A stretch of DNA of 53,744 nt, the filler included, from Sluysia triapertura (lineage: Eukaryota), in the NCBI GenBank assembly GCA_046118255.1. It is 4 parts of 4 records of this genome, joined end to end, with 100 filler letters (N's around TTAATTAATTAA, not from the genome) between each part and the next. Parts side by side here need not be neighbours in the genome. Positions count along the whole stretch, not along the records: positions 1 to 14,239 come from JBJNIA010002118.1; 3 more parts are not named here. One strand, given 5' to 3'. Below the pieces are notes generated by a model. It was not told where the DNA came from. It was given only the letters and a program-made list of their open reading frames with translations, and ran no database searches. This document shows, in pieces, positions 1 through 12,800 of this stretch (positions within the stretch are counted from its first letter, which is position 1; each line of letters starts with the position of its first letter). The position numbers and the translations under genes were made by a program.

Positions 1-43
<43 letters not shown>

Positions 44-60
44 TAATAATAATGATAATA
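1..60. repeat. (AAT)n microsatellite at window start
   Basis: Direct reading: ataataata... with occasional gat units. Confidence 0.95.
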
Positions 61-699
61 AGGATAAGATGAACTAAATAATAATAAAAGTAAATAATAA
101 TAATACTATGAAAAATAAAAAGATTTAGAAACGCATAAAATCTTTCTAATTTTAAACATATTTCTTTTAAAATTTTCTCATTATTTTCTTGGAATATAAA
201 ACAAATTGTATAAAATTATTTATTGTAATTTTTATTTCTTAAATTACATGTTCTTATTAAAATGAAGAATGAAAAGTCTGTTGGATGAAATGAAGAGAAT
301 TGTTCTAAATGAAACAATTGCATTAATTCTTGCAGAATTCTTCTCAGCCTATTTCTTTGTGTGGCTTCGACAAATCTTTCTTATAATTTGTAGTTCTTCA
401 AAAGCCTTAAATAATTTAGAAATCTTTTAGACTATGAATAATGTTGAAATATTAAAGCTTGAGGTTGTTGAATGAAGAATGTATATCATCATAAAATTAT
501 AAAGAATGAAATTAAAAAAAGAAATTATTAAAATTGGAGATGTTGACAGAAATTTCATTTAGAATATTATTATATTTTGACATAAGTTTAAAATGTAAGT
601 TTGATGATTTTGGATGTTATGAATGATTTGTGAAGGAATAAAAAGAGGAATATTAAAGAAATGTGATTTTTTATTATGATGGATTAAATTGAAATTTTA

Positions 700-1800
700 A
701 AGTAATTTGGTTAGCCACCACAGCGACAATAACGATTACGATTGATTTAGCAGCGAACCACAAATTATGAATTACCAAAATAATAATCACCACAAATTAC
801 GAAATACCACGTCACTAGTCAATTTTAGTTGTGAGTCGTATTTTATGTATGAACATTGTGTGTCATCTAATTAATTTTATGATTATTGATTTATACATTT
901 GTGTACTTTGTCAATTTAACATTCATCATTTAAGTTTGTACAAATCATTGACTTTTATAATATTCGTAATTTACTGATTTATAATTTTGTTTTTATTTTG
1001 TAATTTATAATTTTTGTTTTTTAACCCGATTAATTTTTAGATTATTATTATTTAATTCTTTTGGATTATTATAAACTAACGTAAGAATTTATATTAATTA
1101 TAAAATTTAATATCTTTAAAAAACTTTGTTTTAATAAATTAAATAAAACATTTGCTTAAATCTAGCCAAGGCCAGTTAAATCAACTATATATAGTTGAAA
1201 GTTTCAATAAACATCACACAATTTTTAAGCACAATTTTTTAAAAATTTGAACCAGATTTTGTTAATTTTTTAACGAAGTGGTCAAAGAAATTCTAATCTG
1301 AATTCCTGCTAAATTTGCTTACTAAATTTTGGTCTAATAATACGTTAGTTTATTATATTAAGTTACGGATATACAACATATATCCCGGTAAAATCAACTA
1401 AAAATCACTTTTTTAATTATTTCTAAAAAGATTTTATAATATATCTTTCGTAAAATCATCATTAAAATATTATCAATTTAGGAATTAAATTGATTAATAT
1501 CTCGTAATTTATTTATTTTATTACATTTATAACCTGTTTAATTTACCTGTTTAATCTACAAATTCAACGGCTAGCCCTAACTGGTAAGCCTAATACGTTG
1601 GTGGACTCACGTTAAAATCCTACTTTATTCTAAGAATCATCACAGAGAATAAACTAGTTTAATTAAAAAATACATTAAGTAGTTAAATTTTAGTTAATTT
1701 CATGTCAAAGAATTTGAGTGTGATTTTCAATAATTAATCATCCCTAATTCGTTTAATTAGAATTGAATGATTTTGAAAACAATTAAAAATCCTACGAGGA
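700..1800 (-). other. Structured non-coding element, long copy A (unnamed family)
   Basis: Reverse complement of 1563-1612 (ACGTGAGTCCACCAACGTATTAGGCTTACCAGTTAGGGCTAGCCGTTGA) matches 49704-49753 and 47898-47928. Perfect inverted pair at 1071-1083/1341-1353. ATTTAACTGGCCTTGGC motif (about 1165-1181, minus) shared with about 48687-48703. Confidence 0.75.
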
Positions 1801-2509
1801 CGTCGCATTAAGCATACAACTTTAATCGAGATTTAATTTGTTAGTGGTTGAGTTAAGAAAAGCCACTAGCAATAATAAATGGCAAAAAATTATGATAAAT
1901 TAGAAAAGGGAGACATAAATATTATAGATATGATGCATGAAATTACGTAAGACAATGGTATTACAATAACCTCAGCTATGAAATATAAGATTATAGGTGA
2001 TCAAAGAATTGCGATAGTTACTAAAGAAGAAATAGTGATAGATGAATATATTAATGAATATATTAAGGTGACGATATAAAGAAAAAGAAGGAAAACTAAG
2101 AAACAAGAAGGAAATATTAATCCAAATAAGATTAAGAAAATAATAATGACAGAATCAAAGATTGAATAAATAATAAACCAAAAAAAGAAATAAAACAAGA
2201 AATGGACTAGAATACTAGCGATCAAATAAATTCAAATATTAGTGAAAAAATGGATTCAAAAATGAAATGTGAAGATATCACAATGTGAGATATAACAGTA
2301 CGAGAATTTTTTGAAATCTATTAACACTTAGTGCTACATATGATTATACTTATATGAGTTGATTATGATTATGATTATATGAGTTGAATGCCAGATCAAC
2401 TCATAGAAATCACAAACAATCATCAACACAAATCAACACTTCTTATATAAACAAATTACTCAACACATGCAAGACGTAAACACAGTCGTAATAATTTATA
2501 ATTATTAAA

Positions 2510-4008
2510 ATTTTGTAGACTATTCTCGTTGCATTGTTTGGTTTGTTCTTTTTCTTGCACGTATGTTTGTCTTTATGCATATATTTTTATTGTTCCTCGC
2601 ACTTTATCCTATTCTTCTTATTTCTGCTACTTCTACTTCTACATATTTCATTGTATTGTTCCAAATTGTTTAAGATAAATCATTCATTTAACACTTCTTA
2701 AACAAAGAACATTAGTAAAAATTATGATTTTACCAAAGAACATTCTAATCATATCGAAATTCTATTTATAGCGTCAATAATATAGCTATTAAAATAACCA
2801 AAATCGGTTTAATATATGGTCTTTTATTGTATCACTTATGTTCGGCATAATCAGTCAAGAATAGAAGAAATGCTTACTAACTTGTTTAGCTTTATGGATA
2901 ACTTCATATTTTTTGTCAATATTTTGTAATCCGAAATAATAAGTATAACTAATCTTAATGTCATTATTATTTGCTAAGATAACATATCAAACAGTTAAAA
3001 TCATGATATTATTATCAACTTTTTTAAGTACAACATCACCTAGTGCCAATACTATAGTTATTAAGATAATCAAATCACTAGTTTTTATATTAATGAAAAA
3101 TACATTTTACTATGAAGATAATGACTTTATATCTTGTTATAAGTGTTATATAAGTTTTTAACCAATGTTTATTATCTTAATTATTTTTGAATTATTATTC
3201 CTGAACTACTTTGTTGGATCAATAAAATTATACACATTTATAATTTGGAATTTTTTCTTCTTAGTTTTATGTAGAAATCCAAATTTTATACATAGTTTAA
3301 CAAATAAGATTCATCATGGTTATTCATTTAATGTAGAATTTTCAAATATTTACAAATTGTTAGTATTTAATTTATATTTCCGTGATTATGAAACTAATCA
3401 TGTAAATCCGAATTCTCAAATATTGTTAAACTATCATTCAGCTAAGATTAATACCACTAAATTGTACAATAATTGTATTATTATTGTTAAAAATATTATT
3501 AATTACATAAAAATATCTTTAACATTAAATGCGTCTTTTGATAAAGAAAATTCAATACTATTTGTGATTACATTAATTAGACATACGAAAGAAAAAGGAA
3601 TAAGCGATTACAACTTTTTTGTACCTTATTAAAATATTATTAGATAAGTATATCGCTTGTAATACATGCAGTAATTATTGTACAGATAAGATTTATTTTC
3701 AAACTAATTTAATGGCGAAATACCAATAATCAAATTGAAGTCGTTGGCATTTGTTACTGATTTGGCATATTCAAGTATGTTTGTATGTATAAGTTTATTG
3801 GATTTCATGTACGATTTATTCACTTCATATCTAAATTTTATGTTATTTAAAGTTTTAGTGATAATACTGATAACAGTACCAGTAATTCTGCTGATTATAT
3901 CCTTTGCCACTTCAGAATGGCCGAGTTTTTTATGTACAACAATTATCTCATACTCAATCAACTCTTATGTCATCTTTTGATGAGTTAAACAATTGAATTT
4001 GTAAACAT
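2510..4008 (-). pseudogene. Disrupted intronless ORF of unknown (possibly viral or mobile) origin
   Basis: Protein-like segments on the minus strand (ORF 3704-3961 and further pieces such as FQIINVYNFIDPTK and DHILTDFGYFNSY) broken by stops. Long antisense 'shadow' ORFs on + (2958-3632, 3735-3980). TGACGTCA (4077-4084) and CCAAT (about 4092) lie just upstream. Confidence 0.35.
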
Positions 4009-5129
4009 ATTAACGTATTTGAAATATTTTTTATTCGAACCAGTGAAATTTACAATTTGACATCAAAGATAATTGCTGACGTCACAGACGACCAATTATT
4101 TAGAATATATGTTTTATAAAGGTATTTTATTCACAATTTCACGTTATTTTATTGTTTAATATAAATTTCTTTGTTATAAGCTTAATCGTATTATTTGAAT
4201 TAATTTTTACAATTTTTGTTAAATATTAAGCCTAAATTAAACGTTTTCAAAGTAATTTTTAAGTTAATTTACGAAATAATAAATGTTAACAATGTCAATA
4301 AAATAGTTCATAAGATAGATAAAATTAATGAATTTTATAAAACCCTCGACAATATTAATGTTGGGTTCATCTACAGTAAATGTCTTAGAAAATTTTTCTC
4401 TTAAAAACCGCTATTTAAAATTTACTTAGTATGACTGAGGATATAATATAGCGAAGTTTGGAAACTTACAACCTTTGTTAAATCTTAGATTTTATAAATG
4501 ATTAGGTGTATAATTTCATTCTCTTCTGTAATCCCAAACGTGTATCATATTATTTCTACAACTCGCATGAATTCTTTGTATTATAGTTTTTCAATGTTGA
4601 TCGATATTAACTTTTAATTTTGTTTGATTAACATGAAGACAATGGATGCTAAAAATTCTTTAAATACATTTATTGGAGATTCATATAAATTAATCGTTAA
4701 ATTAATCTAGCATAAATAATTTTATTGTAACATTAAATTATATTAATACCAAAACTCCTTACTAAAGAACATTTAAAATATAATAAATAACCACCTGAAG
4801 TTAACAGAATAATTATTTTAAAAATATTAAAGAAACTTAATATCTAAATATAATTTTGTTACAGTGATTTATGTACATGTTTAAAGTTCAATAAAAATAT
4901 TATGTAAGATTTTATGTCTTCTTTTAAACAAGATGAAAACTCTAAGAAATTAAACTTGCGGTCCTTTTTACAAAATAAATTGCGTGGAATATTCTCATGT
5001 ATATCTAGTAAAGTTGTCATGTGTTCAACACAGTTTTGTGATACCACAAAATTGTATTAAATATCACAGCTGCTACCCAGGTGACCAAAATTATCTCCAA
5101 TAGATTGTGTTGCCAAATTATTTGCAGGA

Positions 5130-5910
5130 TATGAACAACTAATTACATGGGATGAATTATTTCACTAATTTATCACTAATTATCTTAAATTAATTATCAC
5201 AAATTTTCTCAGTTCATCATCAAGATAGTGCATCTATGATTTCGAATTTGCGTGGTAATTACAGTACCTTGTAACATTAAATCCTTTAAAACATCTTGGT
5301 TTCTTGCTATCTCCAATATTTTTAATTGATCCACTAACATTTGAACATAAAGCTATGGCTATTCTAACTTTAGATTGTTTTATGTGTTTTCTTTCACTTG
5401 ATGAAATCGTTCTTGTAGTTAATGCTTGAAAAAAATGTCCAGTTTTATCCATATTGAGTATGACTTCTGGGTCAATTTCTGCCAATTTTTCAAATATTTT
5501 TTTCTATTGGCTGAAACATCAGCATCATTCATTGAATTTACTTCTCCTGAACTTTCAATTTCAGAATAAATCGATTTTTGAATCTATAGAGCCATCCTGT
5601 GCTGAACTGCAGGTCATCAACATTTAGTTTTTATCCAAATTCCTTTGCTTTTGTAACGATAATTTCATCAGTCACGTAACTATTTATCGCATCCATTCGA
5701 TCAATGAATTCTCGAAGATGGTCTGGAGTAAGTGTTTGAGCTTTCACAATCTTCCCATTTCTCTTTATTTTTCAAAAATTTCTGATAACGTAGAAATTCC
5801 TAGGTCGAGGTTTAATTCTTTTCTGATAATTTGAAACATTTTCTTCGACTCCTTTATTGCAAATATTTTGCCTTTTGATGAATTGTAATTTATGTTCTTT
5901 TTCTAGCCAT
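5130..5910 (-). pseudogene. Tigger/pogo-family (CENP-B HTH + DDE_1) transposase pseudogene
   Basis: MARKRT*ITIHQK start, TDEIIVTKAKEF, LQFSTGWLYRFKNR (CENP-B-type HTH), ILNMDKTGHFFQALTTRT and KQSKVRIAIALCSNVSGS...IGDSKKPRCFKG (pogo/Tigger motifs); stops and frameshifts present. Confidence 0.9.
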
Positions 5911-6578
5911 ATGAATATTTAATTTAAATAAATTAAAATTGTAAACATCTTAATATTTAAACAACTTTTAAAAATTATTAGAAATTTAATGCAAAAACAG
6001 CTTTCCGATTGTGGATCATGAAATTTCGGATTATTGAATCAAATTTGTCTTTTTACTAAGTATTAGAATTTAACATTATGTTTTTAATATATTTGAAAAG
6101 ATTGTACCCTTCTGTTATTATATTTATTAACAGAATTCATTAAGTATTTTTCGTCTATTTTAAATTATACATATGTAAGATGCTACCATGGTACGATTTA
6201 ACTATTATTTTTCGATATTTATATATGTGAATTGCAGTTTTAAGTTTCTAATATAATATAAATTCGTGTTAAAGTTAATATGTCATATTTTATTTTAAAT
6301 CAGTGTCTCATATTAATATATTAGTTTTCTTCACAAAATAACTGTATAACTATTTTTATAACCATTTGTAAAATAACTATATAAATTATTATATTTATAA
6401 CTTGAAAATTTTATTTCTCTAAAAATTCATCTCAAACTTAAATTTTTAAATTAAATGCTATTAATGTTTTTTTTCAAATTTATGTAATTGGTTCTAACAA
6501 TTTTCAAATGAAATCAAGTAAATGAGAATGTAAATATAAATAAGGATTTGCATAAATCTAATTATTTTTTTGTTAAAA

Positions 6579-7042
6579 ATGAGTTTACAACGTGGTATAA
6601 GACAACTTGATAGTTTGGATATTGAACGAAACATAGAACAAGAATTTTTAACAATGGAGAATCGTTCATCTAACTGTACTAAACATTGTTTATTGGAATA
6701 TTTACGACAAGATGATTTACGAAGTTTAGAGAAATATTTCACAATGTTAGGCATAAATATCTTTGAAGATAATGTTCGTTTGGAAATATTTTTGGATCAA
6801 ATTGTAATCGATGAAACAGACGATAATGAGCTAACAGAAATAGAGAAAAAACAATCATTATTATATCAAAATAAATTTTTTATGAAAATTTTAAAATATT
6901 TCTGGAACAATTTAAATCAACCGTTAAATATAGCTGTTGCTTTTGGATCCATAAAAATTTTAGAGTTTTTATTACCGAAAGTGACAAATGTGAAACATAC
7001 TAAAGATATGATGACAGCTTTGATACTTGGAAGCTTTCTTGG
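6579..7042 (+). CDS. Probable first or early exon of an ankyrin-repeat protein (TRPA-type channel N-terminus is one possibility)
   Basis: Uninterrupted frame from ATG 6579. The C-terminal part PLNIAVAFGSIKILEFLLPKVTNVKHTKDMMTALILGSFLG fits the ankyrin consensus (PLHxAxxxGxxxIxxxLL...TALxxAxxxG). Followed by a candidate GT donor (GG|GTTTGT at 7043) and a T-rich stretch. Downstream exons were not located. Confidence 0.6.
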
Positions 7043-7213
7043 GTTTGTTTTTTTACAAAGTTAATTTTATATTGTGCAGAGTATCTCAGAACTAACATAA
7101 TTTTAATTTATCATTAGACAACCAAAAATTCTATGAAATTATGTATATATATATATATATATGAATACATAATGCAGAAATACTTACTACTTGTTTTAAG
7201 GGGATACAATATC

Positions 7214-8261
7214 CTAACATCGTTCATATAGTGATTTATTAAGTATTATTAAATTAATTTGAATATTGTAAATAGGATTTAGATGATTAATGTAAGAAAT
7301 AAAATTATTATAAAATATTAATTTAATTATTAAAGAGTAGTTAAATATCAATCTAATTATTCTAAATGAAATTGTAACTTTATTAATATTTCTATGTTCA
7401 ATTTTAAAGATAAAATGATTGAAATAAAGTATAAGACATGCGTTATAAACTAAATTTATGGATTTGATAAAAAATTGTTTCATAAAAATAAATTTACGTA
7501 ATAATAACTGTTGATGTATCTGTGAACATATTACGACCGAAATTCTAGGAATATAAATAAAAATAAATGAACACAACAAAAAGTAAAATTCATCAAAATG
7601 CAAGAGTAAATATAAAAAATAATAATATACCTTCAAATGTATCTTCTTATCAAATAGGTTAAATAAGACAGTGAGATATGGACAGATATTTGCACTAAAC
7701 AGATGTGAATGACCGATATATGCAGAAGTTGCGGTTCAAAGAGGTTCTCTGAATAAGCTTGTTGTAATTGCATACGTAGATTCATCGGGAAGAAGTAATG
7801 ACAAGAGTTTATCTGATGTAACGTCACTATTTGATATTAGAAAATCTGACAGTTATAAAAGCATATACTAATTTTGATTTATTAATCATAGTCGAAAATT
7901 CTTTTAGAAATATTATAACGCTAATAATACTATTATATTCTTGTTCATTTACGTTATATCTATAATTCTTTGTTCGAGGTAATTGATATTCACTTAGAAG
8001 CCTTTTATCTACGATATCATTTATTCCATTAGATATTCGAAAAATATTATATAAATCTTTTCTTAATTCAATCAAAAGAGGTAAAGTGTTCTTTAATTCC
8101 TAAGAAATGATTTTACACATACTACTAACTAATTCATTAACTGGACTTAACACATTCATCGTTCTTTTACATCGATTAAGTACATTATCTTGAGCTAAAA
8201 TGATCTTTTGAATGCATTCGTTACCAACGTATTGTTCTATCTGATTAATAAGGTCTGTCAT
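7214..8261 (-). pseudogene. Disrupted intronless ORF of unknown family, antisense to the putative ankyrin-gene intron
   Basis: ATG at 8261 (MTDLINQIEQYVGNECIQKIILAQDNVLNRCKRT...) is in frame with ORF 7827-8075 across one TAG. Frameshifted continuation DVTSDKLLSLLLPDESTYAITTSLFREPL* runs into ORF 7214-7636. Confidence 0.4.
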
Positions 8262-8599
8262 TAATTTTATTAAAATATTTAGTTTTAAATTCGCTTAATA
8301 GAAATAAAGTCGGTTAACATTATAATTAAACAAAAATTACGTAAATGTATACGATGTGATGGAATTGTAGGATCAATCACCGTAAAATTATTAATTGTGA
8401 TTGTAAGTATAAAAATTTTTTAAAATAATGTTTTTCGAAAATTTAGCTGTACGAAGTTGTGTGACCACTTTATCACATTTGCCAGTGGTCAGCCAATAAA
8501 AGCAACTTCTTGTTGTTGGACCACTTTAATTAAACCAGGCTGGCAAATTACTAGGAAATAAATTGAAGACTGTCGAAATTGACAGTTAATGTGATTATA

Positions 8600-9080
8600 T
8601 ACTTATAATGAAGATAATGATAATGATAATGAACAATGCAAATAAATAATAATAATAAATTAAAAATGGACTAATAAAAGTAATAATAAAAATAAAAATA
8701 ATAAAATAAAATAAAATAATGATATAAAATAATAACAATAACACATAATTTTCTTCTAATTCTTTAAATATTTCTTTTCTTTAAATACTTCTTTTCTTTA
8801 CAAATCTATGAAAATATTACATATTTCTTTAAAATTGTTATAAATGTTTATTGAAGAAAATATTGTAAGTTATAAGGAATATGAAAAAGAAACATAATAG
8901 AAAAAGTTAATGAAGCTGAAAGTGTTACAAGAAATTCCATTTAGTTTACTGTTTTAAACTAAATTTAAAATGCAAATTTAATGATTTTTGATGTAAAGAA
9001 TAGTTGAAGTGTTGCAAAAATGTGATTTTTAGTGTAATGTGATGGATTAAAATTTTGATTGATAAAGTTGGCGACCACAC
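8600..9080 (-). repeat. Diverged dispersed repeat homologous to about 60-720
   Basis: Blocks shared in the same order: ttaaaatg(c/t)aa(a/g)ttt(a/g)atgatttt, aatgtgattttt, gatggattaaa, and ttggcgaccac vs ttagccaccac; both sit next to AAT-rich tails. Confidence 0.6.
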
Positions 9081-9489
9081 TTGTGCATATTGTTTTACAC
9101 ATGAAAATTTTCATAAACAAATTTTTATTTAAACCGTATAATTAAAAGCATTACGTCCAAAACTACACAAAAGTTCTGCAAGCAGGAAAGGTGACTATTT
9201 GAATGGATGCTTCCAAGCATTTTTCTGTTTGTCAATTTTTCTTTGTTGACACAGAAAATTTTCTTACTAGAAGAAATTAAAAATTTCTTGTAACAATTTT
9301 CATACAAGATAGCACTTTAGAATAAATTTTTGTTGGTATGAAACAGTTTAATAAAGACAACAATAATAATAATAGTAATAGTAATAATAATGGTAGGTTT
9401 TATATGCGGAACAGTGTAAAAATAAAATTGTCTTCCAAAAGACTTGCCACTCGGCTTATCAATAAGTTAAAATGAGTAAGCTTGAAAAA

Positions 9490-9900
9490 ATACAAAAGAG
9501 TTCGCCTAAGATGCTAGACTTACAAGAAATGGCTTGTCCGTAGGATTTTTAAAGAATTTAATTTAAAGGAAGTAGTGAAGGTCAAGTAACTTTTAATGCT
9601 ATCGTTTACTATAGATAAAAATTCATAAGGTGCCATCTAATTTTTCACGAGATCAAAGTGGATTCTATTGAACACTAATTTATAATTCTTTTTTGAATTC
9701 AAATTGCGCTTTTAAGCGAGGTTAAATTACACCTATATAATGGATTTAATGTCTTCTTTAACGCGAGATTAGTTATAATATGGATTTTGCTAATCGGTTT
9801 TACTAACAGAGAATTATAAATAACACTTGATTTTAAATGAAATTAAAACTATGTAACTTAGGTGAAACTTACAAATGATCCCATATTAAAAGGATCATGT
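9490..9900 (+). other. Structured non-coding element, divergent core copy E
   Basis: GAGTTCGCCTAAGATGCTAGACTTACAAGAAATGGCTTGTCCGTAGGATTTT (9498-9549) aligns with the minus-strand core at 44042-44092; downstream hairpin GATCC-catattaaaa-GGATC (about 9877-9896). Confidence 0.55.
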
Positions 9901-10049
9901 AAAAATTAGAATTTAAATTTTCTCCAAAAAATAATTTACAATATTTTCAAGAAATGCTATTTTTAAATGATGAAAAGTTTTAAATGAACATTTTCTTCAG
10001 AATAATTTTCTTTCAACATAAGCAGTAAATTAGTAGATTTTGAATTATT

Positions 10050-10270
10050 ATTATTTTTACCTAAATACGACTTACATTTTTCCAAAATCACTTATTGAAA
10101 ACATCGCAATAAAATTTAACTCCGTTACACATGAATTTAGGCAATTCTGAAACAGCGTGATTGTATTTCAAGTTAGTGTTTACATACGCATTTTTGTTTA
10201 GGTTTTATTTGTGCAAAGCCTGGATGCCTTAAAAACGCATATATAGGGATGAAACACAAGCCATTTAAAT
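10050..10270 (+). mobile_element. Penelope-like retroelement remnant (RT thumb and GIY-YIG endonuclease fragments)
   Basis: Translations TYIFPKSLIENIAIKF and FICAKPGCLKNAYIGM resemble the Penelope N-x-(Y/F)P..LI region and the VYxFxC...C...YIGxT motif; fragments are short. Confidence 0.45.
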
Positions 10271-12259
10271 TCATTTTATTTTGCAGCATTTATATATATA
10301 AGAATTATTAGCTCGAATTTATAGTGCTTTAACTGTGTAAATTTTCTGACAGTTTTATTTTCAAAGAAACTTCATATAAGGATGATAAATTACAGAAGTA
10401 CTACTAAAATTATTTAAACTAAAATGCTGAAAATTTAATTAATAAAAATACATTTCAAATAATGGAAAATAACTTAATAATTATTTAAATTGTGAAAAAC
10501 AATGAATTAAATAATATCTATATTATAATATCCTAATTTGTCAAACGTTTTGTTTTCATTATCGACTAAAACATGCTGTAATAAAAACTTATTTTTATAA
10601 TAAATGTGTCATAAATCATATTAAGATAGTGATACGATAAATTATATATAATTATCAAACGAAAGAGCTATATTGGATTTGTTTCCATTAAAATCTCATT
10701 AATTTCGTTTGTTTTATTAATATTAAACGGAAAATAATTATTCGTTTATTTAATCACAGTAATAATAATCATTATAATTATTAATATAATAATAATGTAA
10801 TAAATTTGTTTTATTTTAATTAAATTAGGACAATAAAACACTACAAACTATTTTTAAACCTGTTTATTAATAATAAATAGTGCTTTATAAACTTTAAAAA
10901 AGTAAAACCGTTACAAAATGTTAAAATAATAAAGAACTAATGTAAGGTCGAAAGATTTTGTAACTCGTTTCAGTTATTAGAGATGGAAGTGATTTAAATG
11001 TTTTTACTTTCTTTCAAGATCTCAGTTTACAACTTTAGTTTCAGAAATCAAAGAAAATTTAGTTCCAAATTTCGTGGTAGCAATAAAATTGAAATTATTT
11101 ATATTTATAATGCCATACCACTTATTTTAAGAAAAGTATTTTGAGTTTATTATTAGATATTTCATATTTTATAATGATCAATAAAATGTGTCGAAATCAA
11201 TAATTTTTCCAAAATCTGAATGGAAATATATTTGTTACATAACGTTTTCTTCCGACTGATTAAGTGTGGTATGTTCCACTCTTAATTTTTATTATTTATT
11301 TAGTCTATTTTAAAAATTATTTATTTGCTGTAGTATTTCTGAAGTATTTTTCTTAAATAATTCATAATATTCGGGTGATTTAATTTGAAACATAAATGAT
11401 GCACCCATCTTATTATTATTATCATTCATATTACCCCCAAGAAGTAACGTTAGCACTATAATTTTGAATACTACTCTTTTTTTATAGATAACCATTGTAA
11501 TCATTTATAATAAGGAGTTATATAAGATATACTTTTATTTGAAAATCTATTCTTCCTGATTGATTCAAAACTAATTGTTATTTATCAACCAATGCAGAAT
11601 TAGTTTTAAAGAATCTTTATTGTCAAATTTTGTAATCTTTGTTCTTACATATGTCAAACACTATCTCCATTTGTTACAGCGTCATTAGCTTTATTTTTAA
11701 TGCAAACATCATTTTGACTTAACCATTTCGAGACGGTATTCAAGTATCGCGGTTGTAGATGGTATAAACCAGACCAGATTAGGTTTGTTCTGAAAACATT
11801 TGAATGAACTTTTATTAGTATCAAATGAAGTTTTATAATTTATATATTAAATAGAAATTAATAAAGATATTTTTGCTACAAAAACCTCAATCTCTTCATA
11901 TTAAACCAGAACTTATTGCCTAACAGGTATGCAATCGATAATTTCTGCAAAAAGTGAAAGTTTAGAATATAAAGAAGACAAAAATACCAGATAACAATAT
12001 TACAACAAAAACTTTAATTATGTAAGTCCAAATTTCGAGTCAAATTATATATCAATCGATAGATCTTGATTACTAAATAAAACTTTTTCTTACAAAACGA
12101 ATGGTCTAGAATGAATAGATCATTTCAACTAATTACGAAAATTTTTTGAAAGATTAGAAAACAGTTTTAATTTGTGCATTTGTCCCTAGACGAAATTTTT
12201 CTTATATTTAAGTCTGCAGGCAACCCGTTCTCTCGGTTTTCCTTTTAAAAAATGCTATA

Positions 12260-12800
12260 ATGAAAATATATAATGATCAATATCGCGTTTTCGTAGTTTT
12301 AACTTATCAGGGAACAAAACAGTGGAATTTTCAGGTAAACATGGAGTTCTTCAACTGTTAAAAGGTAGGTAAATTTAAGTAATTTAATTTAGAACCTATG
12401 ACAAGTTTTGTGAAATGAGAAGTGTCCTACATTATACTGAGAGAATGAAATCAGCAGAAAAGACTGTCACAACTGAAGAAAACATGAGGAAAGTCAGTAA
12501 ATTCGTCCGTCTGAATCCATCCACTTTGACAAGAAAGTTTTCACAGTAACTATGACTTTTGAGATCATCGCTTCAACGAATTATGTCTTTGGATTTATTG
12601 CTTTTTCTCTGCAGCAACGTTTGGAATGTGCCAACAGAATGATATCGGTGAAGGCGAACGAAGAAATTGATTTTACAAAGATCTTGTTTAGCGACAAGAC
12701 ACACTTCCAACTAGAAGGTTCCAAAAACCTTCAATTATATGTAATCAAATAAAGGAAAATTGCACTCTCCAACAATGATGACAAGATGTACTGCTGTGGA
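12260..12800 (+). pseudogene. Tc1/mariner-superfamily (DUF4817-type HTH) transposase remnant
   Basis: MKIYNDQYRVFVVLTYQ; KTVTTEENMRKVSKFVRLNPSTLTRKFSQ*L; QRLECANRM...FTKILFSDKTHFQLEG (degenerate ILFSDEAHFxLxG catalytic motif). Confidence 0.8.

Noticed and set aside
1576-1593. CCCTAA...CCTAA as a telomere repeat or telomerase RNA template
   Set aside because: Not a tandem or 1.5-unit template; it is part of the core hairpin and is not kept in copies E and B-minus.
5130-12800. Genome-wide TAA/TAG = Gln recoding suggested by stops at Gln-like positions in transposase remnants
   Set aside because: The two intact exons contain no in-frame TAR and use CAA for Gln, and the remnants also carry frameshifts; C-to-T decay suffices.
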